This document shows, piece after piece, positions 38,279 to 48,367 of a stretch of DNA of 64,000 bases (position 1 is its first letter; each line of letters opens with the position of its first letter). The stretch comes from Eubacteriales bacterium (lineage in GTDB: Bacteria; Bacillota; Clostridia; Oscillospirales; CAG-272). A model generated the notes under the pieces. It saw nothing but the letters and a program-made list of their open reading frames with translations. It did no database searches and was not told the DNA's origin. The stretch spans positions 1,091-65,090 of the forward strand of contig JAZSFA010000078.1 of the NCBI GenBank assembly GCA_045531965.1, given 5' to 3'. The position numbers and the translations under genes are program-made.

Positions 38279-39068
38279 CCAACTGCGGCATGGTCAGATC
38301 GTCCATTTCCATGTGTTTCTCATGGACGGCATTTTCAACCTTCTCAAATCGGTCAATGAACTTATCCGTGGCATGGAACAAACATTCTTCGGCGTCCACG
38401 CCCAATTTGCGCGCAAGACTGGTCACCGTTAAGAGCAAGTCGCCCATCTCTTCCGCCACATCTGCTTTGTTACCTGTGGCAGCAGCCGCCTTCACTTCAT
38501 GGATTTCTTCATCTAATTTGCGCCAAACTTCCTCTGCGTTGGCAAAATCGAAACAAGCTGCCTTTTTTCCCACCTTTTGAGCACGCATAAGGGCGGGCTC
38601 CATGGGAGGGATGGCACGAAGCTTATCCGTCATGGTGACACGATGCTTTTCTTCGCCCTTGATCTTATCCCAATTGACCAAAACCTCCGCACTGTCAGCC
38701 ACCTCAACCGTGCCGAACACGTGAGGATGGCGGTGGATGAGCTTTTGACAGATATCATTCGCCACTTCGTCCATGGAAAACCTGCCGGCTTCCTCTTCGA
38801 TGCGGGCATGAAAAACCACTTGTAAAAGCACGTCTCCCAGTTCTTCCTGAAGCAACACAGGGTTCTCGGTGTCAATGGCCTCGATGACTTCATAGGTTTC
38901 TTCGATAAAGTCACGACGAATAGAAGCGTGGGTCTGTTCCATATCCCAAGGGCAACCGCCTTCCGCGCGGAGCAAAGCCACGACAAGACGCAGATCCTCA
39001 TAGGTATACGTCCCCGGTGTCTTGTTCAAAAGATCATTGACTTTTTCTTCTCTGTTTTGTAATTTCAT
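38247..39068 (-). CDS. mazG: Nucleoside triphosphate pyrophosphohydrolase MazG
   Basis: GCPWDMEQTHASIRRDFIEETYEVIEAID and EELGDVLLQVVFHA. Tandem MazG domains. Confidence 0.93.
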   Translation of the reverse strand: MKLQNREEKVNDLLNKTPGTYTYEDLRLVVALLRAEGGCPWDMEQTHASIRRDFIEETYEVIEAIDTENPVLLQEELGDVLLQVVFHARIEEEAGRFSMDEVANDICQKLIHRHPHVFGTVEVADSAEVLVNWDKIKGEEKHRVTMTDKLRAIPPMEPALMRAQKVGKKAACFDFANAEEVWRKLDEEIHEVKAAAATGNKADVAEEMGDLLLTVTSLARKLGVDAEECLFHATDKFIDRFEKVENAVHEKHMEMDDLTMPQLDAIWDEIKHS

Positions 39069-39105
39069 ATCTATTTCCTTTTTATATATTGTCCCATGGT
39101 AGGTT

Positions 39106-40707
39106 TCAATCTTTTCTACCTTGAGCCATCATTGATGATTGATTTTTCCAAAGTAAACAAAGCACCGCCGCTCCATACAGACACACGACTACCATAACCG
39201 TGCCAATGGTACGAGCAGGGGTGATTCCATCCCAGCGTAAAACAGCACGCAAGAAGCGAGTCACAGCGACCGCGCCTCCGCCTACAATAAGGGGAAACAG
39301 GATCAGCCGTGCAAAATCCCGTCCCGACGGCAAAATACCGGGGACTAAACGAGTAATGAACAAAAAATTCAGAATGACAATGATGCCGTCGCATATCAGC
39401 GTACTGAGGGGAACGCCCATCATGCCAATCTGCGGCACACCTAAAAGAATATATGCTAAAACCACTTTCACAGCCGTCCCACAAATCAGAGAGATCACAG
39501 GTCTTATAGCGTGTCTTGCGCCTTGCAGAAAGGCTCCGCTGACCGTTATCAAGCAAGACATCGGAACAGACCAAGCGATACATGAAAGCCAAGGTGTTGC
39601 CATGCGGACAGCATCGGGTTGTGATCCAAACAAAAGTGTCAATACATCTTCCGAAAAGACCGAAAGTCCGATGGCTGCGGGAATAGCAATCAACAACGTC
39701 AAACGCAGAGCGGATAGAGTCAAAGTACGGGCACGACCCATGCCTTCCTCTGTTTTCTGACTCAACGAAACGGATAAAGCAGGTACGGCAGGCAAAGACA
39801 CCGCTGTTGTCAGCGTAGGAAGCATATGAAAAAGAGGAAGAACCAAGGTGGAGTAACAACCGTATACGGTATTGGCTGCCGTCTCCTCCCAACCAACATC
39901 TTGCAAACGGCGCAAAATCAGCGCCAGATCCACCACTTTTGTTACACTCATAACGGCGGCACCAAAGGTGACAGGAATCGCTGTCATCAATAATTTCCCA
40001 AGTATATCAAAGTCAGCATCCCTGTCTCGCACCAAACGCGATCTCTGTGGTAAGCGACGATCCATAAATCGCTTGTGTATCCATAAGTAGACCACAGAAA
40101 TCCCCGTACCAACAGTCAGCCCCAAAACAGCATATGCCGCAACTGTCGGCAGATCGCAGCCACGTTGACGAGCAACAGACGCAAAGGTCAAGCCTAACCC
40201 CAGTTTCCCCAAAGCCTCGATTACTTGGGATACGGCTGTCGGGGTCATGGATCGCTTTCCTTGAAAATAACCCCGATAAGCGCTAGATAGACAGATCAGC
40301 AGCACGGTCGGGGCAATCATACGCATCCCCGCTGCCGCGCCTTTGTTTTTCAGCAAAGCAGCCAAGGCATCTGCAAAGCCATAGAGGATCAGCATTCCCG
40401 CAAAACCGATAACCAAAAAGGCGATCAACGCAACGCGGAAAATCCGTTGAACCTCTCCTCCCTTTGACACATCGGCTTCGCAAGAGGAGATCAGCACAGA
40501 CATAGCGACGGGCAAGCCCGCTGTGGCAATCACACAAAACAGGGCATACAATTCATAAGCTGTATTGAAATAACCCATTCCCTCTGTGCCAAGATACCCA
40601 AGCATGGGGATACGGTACAAAAGACCTATCACCTTAACCACCAACGCAGACAGCGTCAGCACGCTAACGCCTTTAAAAAAGCTGATTGAATTTTTACCTT
40701 TTGCCAT
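39106..40707 (-). CDS. MOP-superfamily flippase (SpoVB/MurJ-like polysaccharide biosynthesis protein)
   Basis: About 14 TM. The N-terminal FFKGVSVLTLSALVVKVIGLLYRIPMLGYLGTEGMGYFNTAYELY is typical. Start at ATG 40707. Confidence 0.8.
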   Translation of the reverse strand: MAKGKNSISFFKGVSVLTLSALVVKVIGLLYRIPMLGYLGTEGMGYFNTAYELYALFCVIATAGLPVAMSVLISSCEADVSKGGEVQRIFRVALIAFLVIGFAGMLILYGFADALAALLKNKGAAAGMRMIAPTVLLICLSSAYRGYFQGKRSMTPTAVSQVIEALGKLGLGLTFASVARQRGCDLPTVAAYAVLGLTVGTGISVVYLWIHKRFMDRRLPQRSRLVRDRDADFDILGKLLMTAIPVTFGAAVMSVTKVVDLALILRRLQDVGWEETAANTVYGCYSTLVLPLFHMLPTLTTAVSLPAVPALSVSLSQKTEEGMGRARTLTLSALRLTLLIAIPAAIGLSVFSEDVLTLLFGSQPDAVRMATPWLSCIAWSVPMSCLITVSGAFLQGARHAIRPVISLICGTAVKVVLAYILLGVPQIGMMGVPLSTLICDGIIVILNFLFITRLVPGILPSGRDFARLILFPLIVGGGAVAVTRFLRAVLRWDGITPARTIGTVMVVVCLYGAAVLCLLWKNQSSMMAQGRKD

Positions 40708-40754
40708 GTCCGCACCTTCCCTTCTCCCCGTGGGGGACAAGGCATTATATGAGA

Positions 40755-41699
40755 TCAGACAAGGATAAATTCGTGGTAAAGAGAGTTCTCCGACAGATAG
40801 GTATGGGAAATCGGCTGTATTCCTTCCAATTTACTGAGCAATTCTTTAACAAGGGCGCTGTCTTCGCCATCCATCGGATATGAGGACAGAACTCGCTCTA
40901 CATGGGGCTTCAGCATGTGGATCTCAAAGGGCATAGTAGAATCAATAATCATGTCACATTTTTCAGCTTCGGGGAAAATGGATTTTTCCTCATTCTCTCT
41001 GACACTGTGCCAAAGTTTTAAGGTAAATTCCGATTTGGCGCCGCGCTTGGCTTCGTCTCGCACCAACCGACGCATCAACCGAATCTCATTGGGTTCAAAG
41101 GTTATGTCCCCAATCGTGATGCTTGAGCGAACACACATAAAAATACTGCGGTCAGGGACATCATCCATCATATCGATCACACGAGGATAGACCGCCTGAA
41201 TCCCTTCAAACAAAAAAACCGGCGCGTGATCTTGGGTGGTATCCAACATAATAGGTCCTTCACGAAGTCCCGTTTTGAAATTAAAACGTGGCATTCCCGC
41301 TTTTCCCGTAGTCATTAAGTCATGAACACAGGAATGCAAAAGGTCAAGATCAAGGGCGTCAACCGAATCATAATCCAATTTTCCGCCATTCTTCTCTTGG
41401 GCAATCGCAAACAGCGTGGTCCGATCGAAGAAAAAATCATCCAGTGACACAGGGTATACTTCCCTGCCGGCAGCCTCAAGGGTTGCGGTCAGTTTTGCCG
41501 CACAAGTGGTTTTCCCTGCACAAGTAGGTCCCGATAAACGAACGATCTTCACACCTTCTTCAATACAGGCACGACTGACGGTTTGCGCTGCCTCACTCAG
41601 GTGGCGATCAAAGTTTTCTTCCCCCATTCTGACCAGCAAAGCCGCTTCCGATTCGTTTCGAAAAGAAGGAGGGATGGTGATATTGCGTATCGATTGCAT
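40755..41699 (-). CDS. Uridine kinase/phosphoribulokinase-family nucleoside kinase-like protein
   Basis: P-loop GPTCAGKTT and LMRRLVRDEAKRG (the Udk-family RRxxRD motif). Confidence 0.7.
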   Translation of the reverse strand: MQSIRNITIPPSFRNESEAALLVRMGEENFDRHLSEAAQTVSRACIEEGVKIVRLSGPTCAGKTTCAAKLTATLEAAGREVYPVSLDDFFFDRTTLFAIAQEKNGGKLDYDSVDALDLDLLHSCVHDLMTTGKAGMPRFNFKTGLREGPIMLDTTQDHAPVFLFEGIQAVYPRVIDMMDDVPDRSIFMCVRSSITIGDITFEPNEIRLMRRLVRDEAKRGAKSEFTLKLWHSVRENEEKSIFPEAEKCDMIIDSTMPFEIHMLKPHVERVLSSYPMDGEDSALVKELLSKLEGIQPISHTYLSENSLYHEFILV

Positions 41700-41727
41700 C
41701 TGGTATAGCTCCTTTACAAAAGATTCA

Positions 41728-43236
41728 TCATTCTTCCAACAAACTGCGGCTTCTGTAGAAATCCTCGATTCTTTGGATTTTCTGCTTCATGGCATCCGCC
41801 CCCACACTATTCAAATACTCATAGGGATACTTGGGATTAAACAGGCGATCAATGAATCGGGGAGACTGATCCACAGGCGTATAGTCAACCAATTTGGTCA
41901 CTGCTCCCGCACCTGCAGCAAAGATCGAATGAACTTCTTCCATCATATAGATGTTATAGAGCCCCTCGCATCCCGGTAAAGCAAAGCCCACGTTTTCAAA
42001 GTTACCTACCGTATTCTTTTGTCTGTACATATAGTACGGCAGGTACCCATGATGTATACACTGAATCTGAGAATAGTCCACACACTTACCGGTGTCTCCT
42101 CCTCTCATGGAATACACATCCGAACCGGAGCATCGAAGCTCTGAGGATTTCTTGACGCAGAAAGTATGAACGGTTATATTTTCGGGACGGAGATTCAATA
42201 TTCCATCAAAAGAAGCCGAAAACGTCTTAAAATTATCCCCTGGCAAGCCCGCGATCAAGTCTGTATTGATCACCGGAATACCTGACTTGCGCGCAATTTC
42301 ATATGCCTCATAAAACATATCCGTATTATGAGCTCGTCCGATATTGCAAAGAACATCATCGCACAAGGTCTGAGGATTCACACTAATACGTCCCACTCCG
42401 TATGCACAAGCCACCGCCAGCTTTTCCGCAGTGATAGTGTCGGGACGTCCCGCCTCCAACGTATACTCCTCAAGCTTGGTTACATCGGTCAAAGAAGCAA
42501 TTTTTGACAGCAAACGTTGTAATTGATCCACATTCAGGATGGTGGGCGTTCCACCACCGATATATACGGTACGCAAATGCAAACCCAATCGGTTAATACA
42601 AGCGAACATTTCCTCCAGATCTTCCTCTAAACGAAGAAGGTACTCGGGGATCAGGGAGAGCAGACGTTTTGATGTATAGGACACAAAAGAACAATAAGAG
42701 CAGCGTGTCGGACAGAACGGAATGGAAATATATACTGAGCAATCCTTCCTTCCCGGTTTCCCAATCAGCCTTGCTTCGTTAAGCGCGACATCAGTCGCCA
42801 AGGCGGCTTTTTTTGGGATCACAAAATAGTCTTTAGTAAGTTCCTTTTTGACACGCGTCTTGCTCATACCTTTTTGCAGCATTTCCGTGGCAACTTTAGA
42901 AGGACGAACACCTGTCAGCATGCCCCAAGAAGAACGGTATCCCATGACCTGTTCACAGACCGTTGTCACAGCATCGCCAATGGCAATCTTTTCCACCCGC
43001 TCCTTGGTATACCCTTCTCTATAGTCATAATGACGTTCCGCCTCTGCGGTTTCTCCCCGATAGCAAAACTTCGCAGAAGTATCCACACCTTCGATATCTT
43101 TCGTCATGGATATCCATAGCTGAGGTGTCTCCTCCGTTACCTGTTCGTCATCAGAAAACCTGGTGCCGGGGAAAAAAATCATACAAAGGGTCTGTACATA
43201 ATATTTGTTGACGGGACCGTCTATATATAGTTTCAT
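41728..43236 (-). CDS. Radical SAM protein, HemN/HemZ-like (oxygen-independent coproporphyrinogen oxidase family)
   Basis: YISIPFCPTRCSYCSF (CxxxCxxC), IYIGGGTPT. About 500 aa, like HemZ. Confidence 0.8.
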   Translation of the reverse strand: MKLYIDGPVNKYYVQTLCMIFFPGTRFSDDEQVTEETPQLWISMTKDIEGVDTSAKFCYRGETAEAERHYDYREGYTKERVEKIAIGDAVTTVCEQVMGYRSSWGMLTGVRPSKVATEMLQKGMSKTRVKKELTKDYFVIPKKAALATDVALNEARLIGKPGRKDCSVYISIPFCPTRCSYCSFVSYTSKRLLSLIPEYLLRLEEDLEEMFACINRLGLHLRTVYIGGGTPTILNVDQLQRLLSKIASLTDVTKLEEYTLEAGRPDTITAEKLAVACAYGVGRISVNPQTLCDDVLCNIGRAHNTDMFYEAYEIARKSGIPVINTDLIAGLPGDNFKTFSASFDGILNLRPENITVHTFCVKKSSELRCSGSDVYSMRGGDTGKCVDYSQIQCIHHGYLPYYMYRQKNTVGNFENVGFALPGCEGLYNIYMMEEVHSIFAAGAGAVTKLVDYTPVDQSPRFIDRLFNPKYPYEYLNSVGADAMKQKIQRIEDFYRSRSLLEE

Positions 43237-43273
43237 AATGTTTCTCCAGATCCGGATTTTTTATTATCAGACG

Positions 43274-43741
43274 TTACGATTGATTTTTTGGCGTTTTCAG
43301 AACATCGCTGTCCATGCAGATCGTCACAGGTCCGTCATTAACCAGTTCTACTGCCATATGCGCGCCAAATACACCTTTTTGCACGAGGGCGACTTGCTCA
43401 GATGCTTTTTTTACAAAAAGCTCATACAATCGTTCTGCCTCGGTAGGAGGAGCTGCCTCCAGAAAATCGGGACGATTTCCCTGACGATAATTTGCCATGA
43501 GGGTAAATTGAGAGATCACCAAAAGTCCACCATTTACGTCCATCACCGAGCGGTTCATTTTTCCGTTCTCGTCTTCAAAAATGCGAAGCTTCAGGATCTT
43601 GGCAAGCAGCCTGTCCATATCATTCTCAGTGTCTCCTTGAGTCACACCCAAAAGAATCATATACCCATGACCGATCTTGCCGACCACTTCTCCATTTACC
43701 GACACATGTGCGCGGCTGACGCGCTGAATCACTGCTTTCAT
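43274..43741 (-). CDS. dtd: D-aminoacyl-tRNA deacylase
   Basis: MKAVIQRVSRAHV, GYMILLGV, LVISQFTL and NDGPVT. Confidence 0.95.
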   Translation of the reverse strand: MKAVIQRVSRAHVSVNGEVVGKIGHGYMILLGVTQGDTENDMDRLLAKILKLRIFEDENGKMNRSVMDVNGGLLVISQFTLMANYRQGNRPDFLEAAPPTEAERLYELFVKKASEQVALVQKGVFGAHMAVELVNDGPVTICMDSDVLKTPKNQS

Positions 43742-43774
43742 TGTTTTGTTTCCTTAGCTTTTATTGTATTGATC

Positions 43775-46012
43775 TTACGAAAAACCTCTGACAACATCAA
43801 CCGTATGGGGAAGCGAACGCAAGCGTGACACAATAGAATTGTAATGCTCCACGTTCTTACATCCGATTTTTAAATTCACAATGGCGCGACCACCGTTAGC
43901 CTTTTGAGAATTGATCTGCATGATAGAGACCTTCATATCCGCCAGCGTATTGGCAATATCTGCCAACGCACCCACGGCGTCCATGATATGCACTTGAAGC
44001 AGTGCCTCGTATACACTCTTGGCAGGCTGGTCTCCCTCATGATTCTCCCACCAAGCCTTGATCCATCGGTCAGAGAGATCAGGATTGGTCAAGCCTTGGG
44101 TGACATTAGGGCAATCCTGTTTGTGAATAGAAATACCATAGCCTTTGGTGATAAAGCCCACCACATCGTCTCCTGGCAAAGGATTGCAGCACTTGGCAAA
44201 TTTCACCGCGCATCCTTCTTCACCATCCACGATAATGCCGCTATTAGAGCGGAGATGGCGAGGACGGCTTGCATTGATCATATCCGAAGGCGTTGTGACC
44301 TGCGGCTGAACAACCTCAGGCTGCTCTTCTTGTTTGAAGGCTTCCAGTTCATCCTTGAATTTAGGCAGGATCTTGGTCACCGTAATCTCACCGTAACCGA
44401 TGGCGTTAAACAGATCATCTGCCGTATTGAAGCCGTTTTTCTTAGCAACGTTTGCCACCATTTCAAGGCGCTTGGTTTCAGAAGCACGCGCTGCTAACTT
44501 TTTCAGTTCAGTGTCCAAAGCTGCCTTGCCCATGATGATGTTATCCGCCCGTTTTTCACGTTTGAACCATTGGCGGATCTTATTACGGGCTTCACCTGTA
44601 CGAACGATACCCAACCAGTCCCGACTGGGACCTTTAGCCGAAGAAGACGTAAGGATCTCAACGATCTCACCGTTTTCCAGTACACGGTCAATGGGGACAA
44701 TCATGCCGTTGATTTTGGCACCAATCATCTTGTTTCCCACCTCAGAGTGGATCGCATAGGCAAAATCAATGGCGGTAGCCCCTTGTGGCAGGGCACGTAC
44801 ATCCCCCTTAGGTGTAAAGACAAAGACCTCATCATGGAATATATCAATTTTCAGAGCGCTCATAAACTCTTCGGGATCCCGTGTGCCGTCTTCCGTCTCG
44901 ATCAATCGAGCGATCCATTCCAACTTCTTGTCCATGTCTTCCTTGGAAGTGGTACCCGACTTGTATTTCCAGTGGGCAGCAATACCATATTCCGCGATAT
45001 GGTGCATTTCCCACGTACGGATTTGTACTTCAAAGGGGATACCGTCCCGCCCAATAACCGTTGTATGCAGCGAACGGTACATATTGGGCTTAGGCGTGGA
45101 GATATAGTCTTTGAATCGCCCGGGGATAGAATTGAACATCTCGTGAATGATACCTAAAACGGTATAGCATTCCAGTTCGGTATCCACAATAATCCGCAAG
45201 GCATAGAAGTCGTAGATCTCGTCAAAGCTTTTGTTTTGGTTGAACATTTTGCGGTATATTGAATAAACAGTTTTGATACGTCCTTCCAACGTAAAGCGGA
45301 TCTCATTGGCTTCCAACTTTTCAGAAACCGTACTGCGGACATTTTCGATAAAATTAAGGCTTTGACCGTACTTGCGTTCAATATCGCCTCTGACCTCCGC
45401 ATATCCGATGGGATCAAGGTATTGCATACCCAGATTTTCTAATTCCTGCTTGATCTTTTGCATACCCAAGCGATGTGCCAGAGGGGCATAGACCTGCATG
45501 GTTTCCAGCGCTGTCACACGTCGTTTATTGTCAGGCTTAACCGCCAATGTTCGCATATTGTGCAGTCTATCACAGAGCTTAATGAAAATCACGCGCACAT
45601 CCTTGGACATGGCCAAAAGCATTTTACGGAGATTTTCAATATGCGCTTCCTCCTTGTCCTCCACCTTCAGGGCAACAATTTTGGTAAGACCTTCTACCAG
45701 CATAGCGACATCAGGACCAAAACGCTTGGTAATGTCTCGAATGCTGGTTTGCTCTCCGCAGTCCTCTACCGTGTCATGAAGCAACGCGGCGCAAATGGAG
45801 TCTGTATCCAGCTCAAGCCCCGCCACAATTTCTGCTACCGCAATCGGGTGCGTAATGTAGGCTTCCCCGCTGACGCGGTATTGCCCGGCATGAAGGGCAG
45901 CCGCATAATCATAAGCAGCCTGAATTTTTTCTACATCATACTTTTTGCCTGTAGCTCTCAGAATATCCAACAGGCGTTGAATGTTTTCATGAGGTTGATT
46001 GGTTTGTTCCAT
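43775..46012 (-). CDS. rel: Bifunctional (p)ppGpp synthetase/hydrolase
   Basis: HD domain (YITHPIAVA, LLHDTVED), synthetase (YRSLHTTV), and TGS and ACT regions. Start at ATG 46012 after AGGAGG. Confidence 0.95.
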   Translation of the reverse strand: MEQTNQPHENIQRLLDILRATGKKYDVEKIQAAYDYAAALHAGQYRVSGEAYITHPIAVAEIVAGLELDTDSICAALLHDTVEDCGEQTSIRDITKRFGPDVAMLVEGLTKIVALKVEDKEEAHIENLRKMLLAMSKDVRVIFIKLCDRLHNMRTLAVKPDNKRRVTALETMQVYAPLAHRLGMQKIKQELENLGMQYLDPIGYAEVRGDIERKYGQSLNFIENVRSTVSEKLEANEIRFTLEGRIKTVYSIYRKMFNQNKSFDEIYDFYALRIIVDTELECYTVLGIIHEMFNSIPGRFKDYISTPKPNMYRSLHTTVIGRDGIPFEVQIRTWEMHHIAEYGIAAHWKYKSGTTSKEDMDKKLEWIARLIETEDGTRDPEEFMSALKIDIFHDEVFVFTPKGDVRALPQGATAIDFAYAIHSEVGNKMIGAKINGMIVPIDRVLENGEIVEILTSSSAKGPSRDWLGIVRTGEARNKIRQWFKREKRADNIIMGKAALDTELKKLAARASETKRLEMVANVAKKNGFNTADDLFNAIGYGEITVTKILPKFKDELEAFKQEEQPEVVQPQVTTPSDMINASRPRHLRSNSGIIVDGEEGCAVKFAKCCNPLPGDDVVGFITKGYGISIHKQDCPNVTQGLTNPDLSDRWIKAWWENHEGDQPAKSVYEALLQVHIMDAVGALADIANTLADMKVSIMQINSQKANGGRAIVNLKIGCKNVEHYNSIVSRLRSLPHTVDVVRGFS

Positions 46013-46062
46013 GCAATAAACACCTCCTGTCATAGCCATAGAGTATTGAGCACGCCTCGCTG

Positions 46063-48306
46063 TCAGCGCTCCGATCTGATCTGTCCTCTGAGTTGTCTGT
46101 ACAGGGAAGAAGAATCAACGCTGGTTTTTGGGGCGGAAAAATCAATGTCAAAAATAAAAATACCGTTGTCAGGTTGCTGGATGTGGCAAACCCCCAGCTG
46201 GTCAAGAATACATAATGACAACCGAAGCTTGACATAGTCTACCTCAGCACCTCCGGCTTTGATACGGGTCAGAAGATCCCGATCGAAAAAGGAATGATGT
46301 CCAAGCCGGGCATCGCCACGGAGTAAGGTATATACGCAAGCAATGTCATCTCTGGTGGGAACGATATTCTCCTCAGGGGAAATGGGCGCACCTGCCATAA
46401 CATCTTCAAAACGCTTTTCTTCGGATCGGCAAGCATTGACATAGGTTTCGGAGATACGCACATCCTGTAAGATCATTTGCAAACTGCGAACGCCTTGATA
46501 ATCATTGATGTTTAGTTGAAACAGCACATCAGCGGTATCGCCTACTGTCACAGGCAGACGAGATGCGGGCGTACCGAACCAGACGGCCTGCATCATATAG
46601 CCATCGGCGTACAAGGTCATCTTCGTGTGCTTGCCGCCGCCCAAGGGGATGATCTTATGAACCACAGCGTCCTTCAGCATAAAAACGGGCGTGGGATTGG
46701 AAACACCAAAGGGCTCCAGAGAATTGATCTCTTCCGCCAAAGTCATGGTCAGATCAGCCATATGAACTTCGCATTCAGCCTCGTACCGAACCGAAGTCAT
46801 TTCATCTGTGAGATGGATGGCTGCATACGCATTGATCTTTTCACGAAATGCCTGTATGTTTCCGCGGCGAACGGTCAGACCTGCCGCCAACTCATGTCCT
46901 CCAAAACGAAGCAACAGCTCCCGGGCATCTGACAAAGCATCCACCAGATTCATGCCCTTAACACTCCGACCGGAACCTTTACCAATATCGTCATCCGAAA
47001 CATCCGGTCCAACAGCATTGTCAAAAGAAATCAAGATGGAAGGAAGTCCATACTTTTCAGTAATGCGGGACGCCACAATGCCAACGATGCCTTGCTGCCA
47101 ACCGTCATCTTCCAAAACCAAAACACGAGGCGGTGGATCTTGATGCGATAACTGCTCATCGATCATACGATAAGCTTGCTCCGCGATTCGGTTTTCTTCG
47201 GTTTGCCGCTGCACGTTGATACTGCAAAGCTCTTCCGCTAAGGGAATCGCTTCTTCTTCTGTTTTTGCAAGCAGAAGATCGACCGCTTTCATCGCGTGAG
47301 AAATGCGACCCGCGGCATTGATACGTGGTGCGATACCAAAACCCACCAATCCTGTATTGACTTTTCGGCGAGGTTTCGGCGTAAAATGCCCTACCGGGCG
47401 AACGGTTCCGTTTCCCGAAATAGCATCCAGCAACGCCGCCAAACCTGGGCGGTCGGTATGCTCCAGCACAGATAGTCCCCGTGTTACAATCAATCGGTTT
47501 TCATCACACAGCGGCATGACATCAGCCACCGTACCGATGGCTACCAAATCGATCAACTGTTGGCACATAGACTCAAAGGTGTCTTCGACAGACAATCCCG
47601 AACGCAAAGCTTCACAAGCGCAGATCAATTTGAAAACGACACCAACACCTGCCAATTCTTTAAAAGGATACGTACAGTCAGGGCGATGTGGATTAACAAC
47701 AGCAACACACCGAGGAATATCGGCATGACATTCATGGTGATCGGTCACAACCGTATCCATCCCCAATTGCTCCGCATAAGTGATCTCGCGATTGGCGGTG
47801 ATACCGGTATCGACCGTTATAATCAAGTTAACATCCTCTTTTGCCAAAGTTTCCAATGCAGGAATAGACATTCCGTATCCTTCCGTGGCACGGCAGGGGA
47901 TGTAGCAAATAACCTCTGCACCCAATCCCTCCAAATACAGCTTTAAAGAGGTGACAGAAGTTACACCATCCACATCATAATCTCCGTAGATGGCAATCTT
48001 CTCATGATCCTCTACAGCAGAGAGAATGCGACAAACTGCCGCCATCATGTCTTTCATAAGGAACGGATCATGCCAACTATCGTGATCGCATGCCATAAAA
48101 TGGCGTGCTGCCTCGGGCGTGAGATACCCTCGATTGGTGAGCAAACGAGCGGTAACAGGCGTTATATGTAAATCGGCAGCCAAACGGGTAATCCGCGCAT
48201 CGAGTTCTTGATCTCCGGGGAGATATTTCAGAGACCAAATGCGCTCCCGTCCATTGCCTTGGGAATATGCATTCATAAGTGAAAAACGGTTCCTTTCACA
48301 ATACAA
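46063..48306 (-). CDS. recJ: Single-stranded-DNA-specific exonuclease RecJ
   Basis: IYGDYDVDGVTS, ITVDTG, VVTDHHE (DHH) and GGHELAAG (DHHA1). The start is uncertain (TTG 48306 or ATG 48276). Confidence 0.92.
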   Translation of the reverse strand: MYCERNRFSLMNAYSQGNGRERIWSLKYLPGDQELDARITRLAADLHITPVTARLLTNRGYLTPEAARHFMACDHDSWHDPFLMKDMMAAVCRILSAVEDHEKIAIYGDYDVDGVTSVTSLKLYLEGLGAEVICYIPCRATEGYGMSIPALETLAKEDVNLIITVDTGITANREITYAEQLGMDTVVTDHHECHADIPRCVAVVNPHRPDCTYPFKELAGVGVVFKLICACEALRSGLSVEDTFESMCQQLIDLVAIGTVADVMPLCDENRLIVTRGLSVLEHTDRPGLAALLDAISGNGTVRPVGHFTPKPRRKVNTGLVGFGIAPRINAAGRISHAMKAVDLLLAKTEEEAIPLAEELCSINVQRQTEENRIAEQAYRMIDEQLSHQDPPPRVLVLEDDGWQQGIVGIVASRITEKYGLPSILISFDNAVGPDVSDDDIGKGSGRSVKGMNLVDALSDARELLLRFGGHELAAGLTVRRGNIQAFREKINAYAAIHLTDEMTSVRYEAECEVHMADLTMTLAEEINSLEPFGVSNPTPVFMLKDAVVHKIIPLGGGKHTKMTLYADGYMMQAVWFGTPASRLPVTVGDTADVLFQLNINDYQGVRSLQMILQDVRISETYVNACRSEEKRFEDVMAGAPISPEENIVPTRDDIACVYTLLRGDARLGHHSFFDRDLLTRIKAGGAEVDYVKLRLSLCILDQLGVCHIQQPDNGIFIFDIDFSAPKTSVDSSSLYRQLRGQIRSER

Positions 48307-48367
48307 TAAGGTGGATTATTTTTAAAACAAGCAACGGTCAAGTATCAGGGACAAAGATCCCCCTGAT

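Noticed and set aside
39116-39892. A 258-aa alternative-frame ORF on the minus strand inside the MOP flippase gene.
   Set aside because: It is on the same strand as 39106..40707 but out of frame. The flippase frame gives a continuous TM-helix pattern. This frame gives Cys/Arg-rich sequence with no recognisable pattern.
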